From positions 1-64,000 of the IMG/VR virus record IMGVR_UViG_3300047557_004483: 64,000 nt of DNA; one strand, given 5' to 3'. Positions 7,714-17,388 of this stretch are shown one piece after another (positions within the stretch are counted from its first letter, which is position 1; every line of letters begins with the position of its first letter). A program made the translations under genes and the position numbers. Origin of the DNA: a virus. Taxonomy: Duplodnaviria; Heunggongvirae; Uroviricota; Caudoviricetes. The notes below the pieces were generated by a model, which worked only from the letters and a program-made list of their open reading frames with translations, ran no database searches and was not told where the DNA came from.

Positions 7714-8162
7714 AATATATCATAACTGAACGACAATTAAATTTGATTAACGAAAACCCCATACAAGGTATACTATCTAAGATAATTAAAAGTAAACCTG
7801 TAACCTCAAATGTTGTCAAAGCAGTTTCTAGTAATGTTGTAAAGGTACCTCTCAAAAGTTTGATGAGACCGAATGGAGTAATAGGCACACAAGGTTTTAC
7901 CTCAGAATCGCTTCTCGATTTAATTAATCATATTTCAAAAGTCCAAAATATTAAATTACCAAAATATAACTCACTGAAAGAGTTAATTTCCCTTCTGTCA
8001 AAAAATCCGAAGGATAAAGAGAAAATAATTCAATATGTTTCTAAGGACCCTATCGTTTTACTCAAATTACCTGATAATACTTTCAAAATAAAAGACGGTA
8101 ACCACAGAGCTAATCTATTGAACCTTTTGGGTGTTGAGCAGGTCCCCTCCATTATAAAATAA
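7710..8162 (+). CDS. ParB-like nuclease-domain protein with family-A leader MKYIITERQLNLINENP
   Basis: C-terminal IKDGNHRANLLNLLGVEQVP matches the ParB/Srx DGxHR motif. Overlaps the previous gene by 4 nt (ATGA). Confidence 0.55.
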   Translation: MKYIITERQLNLINENPIQGILSKIIKSKPVTSNVVKAVSSNVVKVPLKSLMRPNGVIGTQGFTSESLLDLINHISKVQNIKLPKYNSLKELISLLSKNPKDKEKIIQYVSKDPIVLLKLPDNTFKIKDGNHRANLLNLLGVEQVPSIIK

Positions 8163-8166
8163 CAAA

Positions 8167-8559
8167 ATGAAATACATTATAAGTGAGAGACAATTTAATT
8201 TGATTAACGAAGAGTTGGATTTAAGTTCTCCATTTCTTAGAAGAAGAATTAATTCAATCGAGAAAATCATTCAAGACGAAATTTCGCAAATACATAAGGA
8301 TGGAGGTAGTGAATTCACTAACATAATCGAATTCATGAACATTGTCATTAATATCGTGGTGGATAGACTTTTTATGGAGACAGGTGGACAAGAGGGATTG
8401 GACGAAGAAGAATTGAAGGAATTCATCGAGGAGAATTATGGTGATTACATAATTTCTATGTTTCCACATGATTTGGAAGATGAGGATGATGAGTCCGAAG
8501 ATGATGAAGATTATGAGTTTGAAGATGATGAGTTCGAAGATGATGAAGATGACCTATAG
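8167..8559 (+). CDS. hypothetical protein with family-A leader MKYIISERQFNLINEE and poly-acidic C-terminal tail
   Basis: N-terminus near-identical to 7710. C-terminus DEDDESEDDEDYEFEDDEFEDDEDDL. Confidence 0.55.
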   Translation: MKYIISERQFNLINEELDLSSPFLRRRINSIEKIIQDEISQIHKDGGSEFTNIIEFMNIVINIVVDRLFMETGGQEGLDEEELKEFIEENYGDYIISMFPHDLEDEDDESEDDEDYEFEDDEFEDDEDDL

Positions 8560-8565
8560 TAATCT

Positions 8566-9180
8566 TTATACCCATTTTTCACCCTCCCAATATTCTGCCC
8601 CATTTACTTCCAATTTGTAAGGAAAAAAATCTTCATAGGACTCGTAGATATATAAGAAGTTCTTTCCCTGTGATTTACCATACCCACTTAATAAAAGAAT
8701 CGCATCTTTTCCTATTGAAAATTTGGGCATATCTTGGGTAATAGCACTTTCTAAACCTAACAATGATTTTTCAAATTCTCTGAACCTAGTATAAGCAACA
8801 ACCCTATCTTGGTATTTGACTTCCATAACCTTGAGGTCATCAAAGGTAGAATTATTTGTATATGAACTTAACATGTCAAGTTGCTTTGACTGAATATAGT
8901 TCGTGAAGAAATAATCAACATCTTCCTTAACGTCTTTATATAGAAAGATTTGTATTTGTAATTGAGATAATATTTTTTTTCTTTTATATGATAAATTAAC
9001 TTTATCATTATTTATTCTACAACTTTTTGCCTGATACCAATAAAGTGGCGGCTGAATATTTGGTAAAAAACCAAGTTCTAAAAGTTCACATTCTTTTTCT
9101 CCCTCAGGAATGGCGAACGCCTCACAGAAAACCCTACCGTCCTTTATATGACCCTTGGAGTGGTCAAATATTATCTTCAT
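8566..9180 (-). CDS. hypothetical protein
   Basis: ORF only. Confidence 0.5.
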   Translation of the reverse strand: MKIIFDHSKGHIKDGRVFCEAFAIPEGEKECELLELGFLPNIQPPLYWYQAKSCRINNDKVNLSYKRKKILSQLQIQIFLYKDVKEDVDYFFTNYIQSKQLDMLSSYTNNSTFDDLKVMEVKYQDRVVAYTRFREFEKSLLGLESAITQDMPKFSIGKDAILLLSGYGKSQGKNFLYIYESYEDFFPYKLEVNGAEYWEGEKWV

Positions 9181-9877
9181 TATTGAATTTTTTATCTAAT
9201 CTGTCATACTCCTCTGAGCGTTCTCTATTGGATTCACCAGACTCTAAGTCAGTATGGTCGTAGTTGAAAACATCCGTATCAGGAGTTACCCACCTACTAT
9301 TCCTTTCTGCAGTCCACAGAGTTGTGTTATATTTCCTATTTATGACAATGTCCTGTTTCACGGTAAATGATGGGTCATGCATTATCAAACGATTGTTTGG
9401 TTGTATCGCAAAATTACCATTATCCATTTGGATGAAGTGTCCACACTTATGTTGAGATGGAAACTCACTTAATCCAAAATCAGTATCACTCATGTCATCA
9501 GAGCTGCCCCAATCTAAGGTAAATAAATAACGTCCTGAATATTGAACTCTTCTTCTCGACGTAAACTTACAAGTTTTGTTTTTCAAAATAGGAAATGCTG
9601 TAACTCCAACATGGTAGGTAAAGGAATCCCACAATACAAGTTCATCCAATTCTTGTTGTGGAGCATCTTCTTTCCAACAAAAAGCGTGGATAGGCATCCT
9701 CCACCAAATTCCACCATCTTCCATCATGAAATGGAACAAAGGTGCTTGAGCAGGTATTGATGACATTCCGAAAATATAACAAGGGAATTTTTTGTCAAAA
9801 GAGTCTTCTTGGTTTCTAAGGAAGTTTCCTCTGATGTATGCCTCTACAATTGGAATTGGAGTGTTTAAATATGACAT
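9164..9877 (-). CDS. hypothetical protein
   Basis: ORF only; 17-nt overlap with the downstream gene. Confidence 0.5.
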   Translation of the reverse strand: MSYLNTPIPIVEAYIRGNFLRNQEDSFDKKFPCYIFGMSSIPAQAPLFHFMMEDGGIWWRMPIHAFCWKEDAPQQELDELVLWDSFTYHVGVTAFPILKNKTCKFTSRRRVQYSGRYLFTLDWGSSDDMSDTDFGLSEFPSQHKCGHFIQMDNGNFAIQPNNRLIMHDPSFTVKQDIVINRKYNTTLWTAERNSRWVTPDTDVFNYDHTDLESGESNRERSEEYDRLDKKFNNEDNI

Positions 9878-9930
9878 GATATACTTTTGTGTAAAAATAC
9901 ATCATTTCGAGCAAATAGTAAAAAGATTAT

Positions 9931-10644
9931 TTATTTTACTACTCTGATTTTGAACTCTTCGAAAAATTCAGGATAACTTTCGATATAACCTTGTAATGTT
10001 TCGTCATCGTATTCAATATCTTCGGCATTCCAATACCAATAAAGGTTTTTGTCAGATTTGAAGCCATAATAGGTATGGTTGTCATATTGCTGTTTACAAA
10101 TATGGTCAGCATATTGGTGTTGACCTACAATTATGAATCCCGAGGTAATATCTTTAATTATATTGGATTCTCCGTAAGGTATATATCTATTATTTATCCA
10201 ATTTAACCTTTCGATTAATTTTTGATAAAACATATTTGCAGAACCCCATCTAACCGATGCAAAGAAAATTACACAGTCTGATTCAAAAAGTTCTTTACTT
10301 ATTTGCCAAAGTTCGTCGTCAGGATTATTTATAGATGCCCAACACCTATGGTAACCACTAGGATTTTTTTCTTTGTCTTCCAATAAAGCTTCTTTAATTC
10401 CACAGACATTTCCCTCCATTCTCGAAACATTACCTTCACAAGGATAAATTTTCAGTTTGGTCACATCTATTAGGGTAGAGTTATCTACATTTTTATTTAT
10501 TACTCTCGCTAAAATAGTTGATTTGGGTGTTTGAGTTTTAATTACTTCCGCACCTCTATTTGAACACGTAAGTAACAAAACTTTTTTATATTTTTGTAGT
10601 TGTTCGATTGTTTTTTTAAGTTTCGAATGATTACCCTCTTTCAT
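9931..10644 (-). CDS. hypothetical protein (possible flavodoxin-like fold: VLLLTCSNRG..)
   Basis: Weak resemblance to FMN-reductase-type N-termini. Confidence 0.45.
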   Translation of the reverse strand: MKEGNHSKLKKTIEQLQKYKKVLLLTCSNRGAEVIKTQTPKSTILARVINKNVDNSTLIDVTKLKIYPCEGNVSRMEGNVCGIKEALLEDKEKNPSGYHRCWASINNPDDELWQISKELFESDCVIFFASVRWGSANMFYQKLIERLNWINNRYIPYGESNIIKDITSGFIIVGQHQYADHICKQQYDNHTYYGFKSDKNLYWYWNAEDIEYDDETLQGYIESYPEFFEEFKIRVVK

Positions 10645-10662
10645 AATAAATAAATATAAACA

Positions 10663-11865
10663 TCACACAAATACTGACGGTATATCCGCCCATGATGTCG
10701 TGAACTTCTGAGACATAAACTCTTGTCTCATTTCCCACTTTTTCTCCGTGTTTGCTGGTGGTTGAACAAGTTGTATGGATGATGAAAATAGCGTACCTTG
10801 TTCTATAGACTCTGGCATTAGCTCATTAAAGATTATCCCACACTTTTTGTATTTCTTCTTATCAGAATATAGTTTCCTTAAATGTGGATATACTTGTGAC
10901 CATATCTCTTCCACATCTCTTGTTTGTCTTTGAAATGTTATTTGTTTGCTTGAATAGTGTTTCTCCCCCTTGTGTACATTTCCACATATGAATATGGTTG
11001 CTCTATTTGGTGATATCTCATTATCTATTAGTTTCTTTATACCACTCTTTATGTACGAATACATCGCTTCAGCTATTTGGTCAAACGAATCTATATCTTG
11101 TCCGAATGACCTTGTGGATGCAACATTTCTTTTTAACTTCGGGACCTTCTGAACAGGATGGCAATATTCCCCTAATAGTTCCATCTTTGTCTTTAACCCA
11201 TTCACATTCATTAACTTTCTTACAATTGCATCTGCCATCATAACAAACTGTCCCACACTATCTACTCCGAGCGAGTTTAACTTCTTTGTCCACTTTCTTC
11301 CTATTCCCCATACTTCATCTATTGGAATTGTGTAAAGTGAATTCCTAAAATTATGTAAAGACCAATATGAACATATTCCATTATATGTCGGTTGTTTCTT
11401 TGCAATATATGACGTTAGTTTTGCCAATGTTTTATTCGGACCTACACCTATTGACACAGGTATTCCCGTTAGTCTCTTAACTTCGTTTCTAATCAAATGT
11501 AACCTGTCTTCTAACTCATCATCAGGTATGTTTGAGAAGTCTACAAAACATTCATCTATGGAATATACTTCTACCTCGTTTGCATATTTCTTTATGGTTG
11601 TCATCACCCTGTCTGACATATCACCATATAAGTTGTAATTTGAACTGTATACACAGAACCTGTGCTCGTCCATGAAGTCTTTCCTCTGAAAGAATGGTTC
11701 TCCCATCTTTATCCCTAAATCTTTGGCTTCTTGTGAACGGGCAATAACACATCCGTCATTGTTGGATAATACAACGGTAGGTCTCCCTATGGATATTGGA
11801 TTGAATACTCTCTCACAACTTACATAGAAATTGTTGCAATCTACAATTCCGATTTTCTTGTTCAT
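10663..11865 (-). CDS. umuC: Y-family translesion DNA polymerase (UmuC/DinB-like)
   Basis: N-terminus IGIVDCNNFYVSCERVFNP..VVLSNNDGCV..AKDLGIKMG is the canonical Y-family palm; it lies downstream of a umuD-like gene, as in the umuDC operon. Confidence 0.85.
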   Translation of the reverse strand: MNKKIGIVDCNNFYVSCERVFNPISIGRPTVVLSNNDGCVIARSQEAKDLGIKMGEPFFQRKDFMDEHRFCVYSSNYNLYGDMSDRVMTTIKKYANEVEVYSIDECFVDFSNIPDDELEDRLHLIRNEVKRLTGIPVSIGVGPNKTLAKLTSYIAKKQPTYNGICSYWSLHNFRNSLYTIPIDEVWGIGRKWTKKLNSLGVDSVGQFVMMADAIVRKLMNVNGLKTKMELLGEYCHPVQKVPKLKRNVASTRSFGQDIDSFDQIAEAMYSYIKSGIKKLIDNEISPNRATIFICGNVHKGEKHYSSKQITFQRQTRDVEEIWSQVYPHLRKLYSDKKKYKKCGIIFNELMPESIEQGTLFSSSIQLVQPPANTEKKWEMRQEFMSQKFTTSWADIPSVFV

Positions 11866-12182
11866 TATAACTTATTTAATATCCATGAAACTCTTCCCCA
11901 CAGATTTTGTTGTCCTTCGTATCTTCTAATCTTGAAACAAACCTTATCTGTCAACACAACAAGGTCTCCCTCCACAGGGTCAATAGATTTGTCTATGACA
12001 AGAATATTCCCTTTCTTTACACCGAGGGAATCGGGACCCATATACCTAAAATAAAATGTGGTATGAACGTTTTCGATAATCAGTTCATTAAGGTCTAACC
12101 TCTTGTCTACATACGACTCCGCAGGTGAAGCAAATCCTGTTGTCCTTGACTTGATTTGAAGTTCCTTCTCTGTAGTATACAT
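11865..12182 (-). CDS. umuD: UmuD-like S24 peptidase (short, UmuD'-like N-terminus)
   Basis: GFASPAESYVDKRLDLNELI matches UmuD GFPSPAADYVEQRIDLNQLL; Ser (MGPDSL) and Lys (FKIRR) candidates are present. Only about 14 aa precede the GF, with T-G rather than C/A-G at the cleavage position. Confidence 0.75.
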   Translation of the reverse strand: MYTTEKELQIKSRTTGFASPAESYVDKRLDLNELIIENVHTTFYFRYMGPDSLGVKKGNILVIDKSIDPVEGDLVVLTDKVCFKIRRYEGQQNLWGRVSWILNKL

Positions 12183-12264
12183 GATACAAATATAATAAAA
12201 AATTGTGACGATAAAAAGATATTGAACTGTTAGACAACCAAAACTTTTTTGTTATATTTCCTAA

Positions 12265-13041
12265 ATGAAGACAATTAGACAATCACTGACTGAAATAGTT
12301 AACTTTGATTTTGTTAATGCATCACAAAAAGAAATTGAAAATATACTTCCGACCTTTGGAATGAACAATGAATACATTAGTGAAATACCTCCCATGTTCT
12401 CGAAATATATGGGATGGGGCATTAAATTTTGGCAATACCCAAACCAACTTAGTAAATTACTTTGTCATTTGAAAGGAAAGAAAATTAATTCATACTTAGA
12501 AATTGGTGTAAGGTATGGTGGTACATTTGTTTTAATAAACGAATTACTTAAAAGATATAATAACTACGTGGAATCTCATTGTGTCGATGTTATTCCTGCT
12601 TCTGAAATATTACACACCTATCAACATGAATTTGCAAGAGATAGGTTTTATTATCACCAAACCCCATCACACAGTTCTACTTTCTTTGATACACTTACTG
12701 GTGTTGACCAAATATCTGTCGCCATTACTACAAAAAAAATTGATTTAGTATTCATCGACGGATGCCACACCTATCCTTGTGTTAAACAAGATTATGTAAC
12801 CGCACTTATCTTAGGTGCAAAATACATTATCTTTCACGACATAAGTAACACTAACTCGGAAAGTACTAGATTGATTTGGAGTGAAGTCAAAAAAAATCAC
12901 AAGAAGACCTATGAATTTATTGACCAATATGAAGGTATGGACGCTAATTACTTAGGTATTGGACTTGTAGAAGTTTCACCTGAGGATGCAGTATTTCCGA
13001 TGTTCGAATCAAATTATCCAGGTGTCGAGTTGTCGTTGTAA
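12265..13041 (+). CDS. class I SAM-dependent O-methyltransferase, TylF/CmcI-like
   Basis: LEIGVRYGGT (motif I-like) and DLVFIDGCHTY (the D..H metal/acceptor motif of the macrocin-O-MT/CmcI family). Confidence 0.5.
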   Translation: MKTIRQSLTEIVNFDFVNASQKEIENILPTFGMNNEYISEIPPMFSKYMGWGIKFWQYPNQLSKLLCHLKGKKINSYLEIGVRYGGTFVLINELLKRYNNYVESHCVDVIPASEILHTYQHEFARDRFYYHQTPSHSSTFFDTLTGVDQISVAITTKKIDLVFIDGCHTYPCVKQDYVTALILGAKYIIFHDISNTNSESTRLIWSEVKKNHKKTYEFIDQYEGMDANYLGIGLVEVSPEDAVFPMFESNYPGVELSL

Positions 13042-14279
13042 TATTCTTCTATTTCCTCTGAGAAATTATCTTCGATGTATTTGGTTATATATGGGGCAAG
13101 TTTCTCCCTCATTTTCATTATTTCTTCATAGTTTTCCTCTCCTGAAGAAAGAGAAATTTCTCTAACAACATTGAAAATAATTCTTTCCATGTATTCGTCA
13201 TAACTATTAAATGACCATGGTGCCAACCATTCATAGGTATTTCTTATAAAATTAGGTAACATCTCAAACAATCTTCTTTTGAGATAAACAGGAATTACCG
13301 ATTCTGTAACTAAATCATTGTTTGTACCACAGTGAGGACAGATTGGTAAAGACTTTTTTCCTTTATGAATTGTTTGTGTAAACTTCTTTTTGCAGTTAAC
13401 ACACTTGACCCACTCCTCTCCTGATTTTTTTTCTTCCTTGATATTAATTTTGATTTTAACTTTGGTAACCTTTGGAGTTATACCTAAAAGTCTACAAACA
13501 GACAATCTTGTGTTTCCCGCAACTAAGTATGGTGGATGGTTGTCTGCGTATGCAACTATAGGTGTTTCAACTATTCCTCCATTTTTGAGCGGTTCCATCG
13601 AATGTTTAATTATCCTTTCCTCACTCCTACCCCATTGCCCATGTATAATATCGAACAAATCTTTATATGTTTCTATTGTCCAACTATCCGTATTTTCCAT
13701 CTTCGACCATTCTTCATCAGTTAATGATTTCACATCAGCCCTTTCATAAGCACTATGAATATCATCAATAAGTTTGTCTAATTGTTTATTTGAAAAATGC
13801 TCAAAGTTTACTTGAAGAACGTCGTCTTGTAACCAATTAAGAAAATGATTCATAAATTCGTTTTCTTCCGTTTGGAACTCAGGTTTGACCCATTCGATTT
13901 TTTTTTCTTCTGAATTTTCATTAAGATTATCTACGTTTTTTCTATTCAAAATTTTAATAGACCTCAAAATCTGTTCATATTTTTCTCGACTGAGACTGAA
14001 TTGACCCTCATTTGTCCAATATTGTATTGCTTCAGGTTTTGGATGTTTGATTGCATCGTAAACCCATTCTTGACCTTGTTCAGGATTTTTCAAGTTCCAT
14101 AATGTAACTATATTCGAATCCCCTTCCCAATTTGATGGAACTAATTCACCATTTACATGTGGTTCGGTGACCCACAAAACACCTTTGTTAACCAAATCAG
14201 AAAAATCAAATATTTCTCTTTCGGATTCACTTAAACCCATCATCTCTTTAATTCTTAATATGTTTTCTTGTAAGTTCAT
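13014..14279 (-). CDS. hypothetical protein with family-C leader MNLQENILRIKEMMGLSES; ParB-like (AGNTRLSVCRLLG) region and C-terminal CxxC..CxxC zinc ribbon
   Basis: Start set at the conserved ATG (14277-14279); the ORF-track upstream extension reads through the neighbour. Confidence 0.6.
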   Translation of the reverse strand: MNLQENILRIKEMMGLSESEREIFDFSDLVNKGVLWVTEPHVNGELVPSNWEGDSNIVTLWNLKNPEQGQEWVYDAIKHPKPEAIQYWTNEGQFSLSREKYEQILRSIKILNRKNVDNLNENSEEKKIEWVKPEFQTEENEFMNHFLNWLQDDVLQVNFEHFSNKQLDKLIDDIHSAYERADVKSLTDEEWSKMENTDSWTIETYKDLFDIIHGQWGRSEERIIKHSMEPLKNGGIVETPIVAYADNHPPYLVAGNTRLSVCRLLGITPKVTKVKIKINIKEEKKSGEEWVKCVNCKKKFTQTIHKGKKSLPICPHCGTNNDLVTESVIPVYLKRRLFEMLPNFIRNTYEWLAPWSFNSYDEYMERIIFNVVREISLSSGEENYEEIMKMREKLAPYITKYIEDNFSEEIEEYYNDNSTPG

Positions 14280-14280
14280 A

Positions 14281-15426
14281 TTATTTTTCACTTCGATAAA
14301 TAACTTTGAATCTTTGTTTTTCCTCAATAGGTAATTCCAACTTTTCGAACTTTTCATTTTCTACTTGGAATCTTTCTTCATCTTTGTATTTCCACTGACC
14401 ATAAAAAGAATAAACTTTACCAGTTGTGGTATCAACTACAGTATCTCCACCTCTCGGTTCTAACCCTTCATATTTTTTGATTTTATCTTCTATAGACATT
14501 TCAGGGTTTTCCTCTAAACTATCAAACCAATTCGTAAAATCTTCACCCAACTTTTCTTTTAATTCAGGTGATATTCGTACAGATTTTTTATCGGTAAATT
14601 TATTCGATACAAAATCATTAAATATTTTTTTAACATCTTCGTTAATGTTTTCATCTATAACCAACACATGTTGTTGTAACAATAAAGACATCAAATTATA
14701 ATCAGGGTTTGATAATAAATCTTGATATATCATTTTAATTTCCGCCGAACTCCCCATACCACTTGTAATGTATCCAAGTTTCCTAATCATCGCCAAATAA
14801 ATTAAAGTTCCTAATTTTTTTCCTCTTAATTTTTCGGGTACTCCTTTATAAAAATGAATCCTATTTTGCGAAGGTTCCAAGTTCACGTAAGTTGTTCTAT
14901 CTTTAACATCTAATTCTTTAGCACATTCGTAAGGAAATTTAATTCTATAAACCTTACCACCTTCCTGAGTAACACCATAAGCTCTTTCTAAAGATTTTTC
15001 ATCTTTAGCTACCAGTGGACCAATAATTTCGAAATTGGAGGGGTCACAATTCACAACTTCAGATTTTGGTTTTTGTTTTCCCCTCAAACCATAATAATCC
15101 GAAAATATTGAATACAGCAATGAGTTGAATTTTTTTGAACCATGGGATATCATATAGTTCAGGTATTTGTTGTCTAAATTTTGTAAATCTTTAGATAAAA
15201 CAGGTTTCTTTACAAATGGGTCTTTATCAATTACAACTGAGTTTTTGAATTTAACAAAATCACCATCAGATGATTGTAGTTTATCTTGTAATAAATTTGA
15301 AATCTCCTTCTTGTATTTAGGAAAATTTTTTATATTCATCATAACATAAGAATCTGATGGTACATCTAAGGTTTCATTGATACCCATCATTTCCTTAATC
15401 CTTTGTATGTTTTCTTGTAGGTTCAT
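14281..15426 (-). CDS. hypothetical protein with family-C leader MNLQENIQRIKEMMGINET
   Basis: Start at the conserved ATG (15424-15426). Confidence 0.6.
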   Translation of the reverse strand: MNLQENIQRIKEMMGINETLDVPSDSYVMMNIKNFPKYKKEISNLLQDKLQSSDGDFVKFKNSVVIDKDPFVKKPVLSKDLQNLDNKYLNYMISHGSKKFNSLLYSIFSDYYGLRGKQKPKSEVVNCDPSNFEIIGPLVAKDEKSLERAYGVTQEGGKVYRIKFPYECAKELDVKDRTTYVNLEPSQNRIHFYKGVPEKLRGKKLGTLIYLAMIRKLGYITSGMGSSAEIKMIYQDLLSNPDYNLMSLLLQQHVLVIDENINEDVKKIFNDFVSNKFTDKKSVRISPELKEKLGEDFTNWFDSLEENPEMSIEDKIKKYEGLEPRGGDTVVDTTTGKVYSFYGQWKYKDEERFQVENEKFEKLELPIEEKQRFKVIYRSEK

Positions 15427-15427
15427 A

Positions 15428-15904
15428 TTACTTTTTCTTTTTAACACAATTGGGGTATCTTTTACCGAACATTGTTTTCATTCCTTTCTGAGTATATCCT
15501 TTCCAACATCTCTCAGTAATTTCTGATTCGTTCTGTTCTTCTTTCATATCTGAATCTGACATATATTCGGAACAAGTTGTTTGGTAAATATCAATCAAAT
15601 ACTGACCAAAGAAAATTCTTGACATACTTCTCAAATAATCCATAACATCACTAATGTAGTCCTGCTCGAATATGTTTTCGTCCACATCATCCAATAATTT
15701 ATCAACTGCATAATCAATTACAGCGTCTGCATATTCATATCCATCCTCAAAATCATCACACAGAGTTGGATATTCTACTTCTGCTCTGAATATATATTCT
15801 TTCAGTGTCTCACGATTAGCTCTCCTTTTAATTGAGTTTGGAATAGTGGACTCAGTTATACCCATCATCTCTTTAATCCTATGTATGTTTTCTTGTAAGT
15901 TCAT
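15428..15904 (-). CDS. hypothetical acidic protein with family-C leader MNLQENIHRIKEMMGITEST
   Basis: Start at the conserved ATG (15902-15904). A divergent TATCTTTG-type promoter region lies upstream. Confidence 0.6.
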   Translation of the reverse strand: MNLQENIHRIKEMMGITESTIPNSIKRRANRETLKEYIFRAEVEYPTLCDDFEDGYEYADAVIDYAVDKLLDDVDENIFEQDYISDVMDYLRSMSRIFFGQYLIDIYQTTCSEYMSDSDMKEEQNESEITERCWKGYTQKGMKTMFGKRYPNCVKKKK

Positions 15905-15955
15905 ATTATGTCTATAAAGATAAATATCTTTGTATTTATTACTAAACAAAGCTAA

Positions 15956-16342
15956 ATGCGATATATTATAAGTCCATCTCAATTTCATTCCTTGGTTTAC
16001 AGATACCTTACGGAAATTTTCTCAAAAGAAGATTTCAGGAATTACAAAAACCCTCATGTTGAAGATGGTAGCGTATGGAGAGTTGAAATTCATACTGACG
16101 ACGGGGAACGTTCAATGAGTTATTTTTGGTATGGTCCTGGTGAAGACGACGATGGAAATCTACATAATGGTATGGGTAGTCTTTACATTGACTCCAATTT
16201 GGTCGACAACCTAAGAATAAATCTTAACGTAAGAGAAAGTAAAATAATTGATATTCTTGCAGATTGGGTTAGTGAAAAATTGAATGTTGAAATAGATGAA
16301 GTAGGTATTACTCGTGAACCTGGTAATCGTTCAGTTTATTAA
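15956..16342 (+). CDS. hypothetical protein with family-A-like leader MRYIISPSQFHSLVYRYL
   Basis: ATG at 15956. AAATATCTTTGTATTTATT promoter-like element at 15923-15940. Confidence 0.55.
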   Translation: MRYIISPSQFHSLVYRYLTEIFSKEDFRNYKNPHVEDGSVWRVEIHTDDGERSMSYFWYGPGEDDDGNLHNGMGSLYIDSNLVDNLRINLNVRESKIIDILADWVSEKLNVEIDEVGITREPGNRSVY

Positions 16343-16346
16343 TTTC

Positions 16347-16685
16347 CTATTTCTCCAATCTTTGAGTTGAGTTTCCCGAAAGGTCTTTGAATTGAACACC
16401 AAAAAACGTTTGACTTGCCCTTTTAACTCCAAAGTTTTCTACAACCCACTCTCTGATTATTTTTTTCAAGTCTCTGATGTCATCAAAGAAAAATGTGTTA
16501 GTGATATGGTCAATAATACTTTTGTCGATTACGACTCTGTTAGGATAAATTGTCATCATCACTTGACCGTCTACGTATATATTTCTACCATCGCCTTCGA
16601 ACTTCATTTTGTAACCCGTAAAGTTATCCGCCAAAATATTATAAATCAATGAATCAGATTGACCTTCGGTGATGATAATTTTCAT
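16347..16685 (-). CDS. hypothetical protein with family-A-like leader MKIIITEGQSDSLIYNIL
   Basis: ATG at 16683-16685. Confidence 0.55.
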   Translation of the reverse strand: MKIIITEGQSDSLIYNILADNFTGYKMKFEGDGRNIYVDGQVMMTIYPNRVVIDKSIIDHITNTFFFDDIRDLKKIIREWVVENFGVKRASQTFFGVQFKDLSGNSTQRLEK

Positions 16686-16703
16686 ATCTTATAAATAGAT
16701 ATA

Positions 16704-16991
16704 TTAAGAAAAAGAATCATGTCCATTTTTAATAACTGCTTCCAAAATACCTATGGATTCTTTATCTTTTTTACTTTTATTTGGTTTCGATTTGAGTTCT
16801 CTCAGGGTTCTTTGTAAATCGTTCTCAGGTTTTTTTGTAGGTTTTGGTTTTACTTGAGTGACCTTGTTCGGTTTGACCTGTTTAAGTTTTTGATATGAAA
16901 ATTCGTCCTCGAATAATATCTTGTAAACTTTAGCAGTGATTATTGGGTCTTTGAGAAGGAGTTTGAGTGTAAGGTATTGTAATAGTTTCAT
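16704..16991 (-). CDS. hypothetical basic protein
   Basis: ORF only. Confidence 0.4.
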   Translation of the reverse strand: MKLLQYLTLKLLLKDPIITAKVYKILFEDEFSYQKLKQVKPNKVTQVKPKPTKKPENDLQRTLRELKSKPNKSKKDKESIGILEAVIKNGHDSFS

Positions 16992-17020
16992 ACCACAAAT
17001 ATACTAAATTAAATTCTAAA

Positions 17021-17368
17021 TTACTTATCGAAATAAAGTTGGTAAAGTGTAGTTTTCTCCCTCTTCAATGGGATTTTTTCGATTTTAACTTTTTTTGGTA
17101 ATTTACTTATTAGAGAAATCCAAGCTCTTTCCGCCTCTTCACTACGAAACACTGAATTTATTTTTATTGATGGTATCTCAGAAAGTAATTTCAAAATTGC
17201 TCTTTGATACAACCCCTTTCCTCTAAAACTTGGTATTATGTTTGCATCAATGATAGTAAATTCATTACCCCTGACATCTTTTTCTAATGTCATATACCCA
17301 ACTTCTTCCTCATCTTGAATTAGAGAAACATTCAAACCAAAATCATCTCTAATAATTTCTATATCCAT
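17021..17368 (-). CDS. putative GNAT-family acetyltransferase (small)
   Basis: IIPSFRGKGLYQRAIL resembles GNAT motif A (R/Q-x-x-G-x-G/A). Confidence 0.4.
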   Translation of the reverse strand: MDIEIIRDDFGLNVSLIQDEEEVGYMTLEKDVRGNEFTIIDANIIPSFRGKGLYQRAILKLLSEIPSIKINSVFRSEEAERAWISLISKLPKKVKIEKIPLKREKTTLYQLYFDK

Positions 17369-17388
17369 ATTGATAAATATTTAATAGT

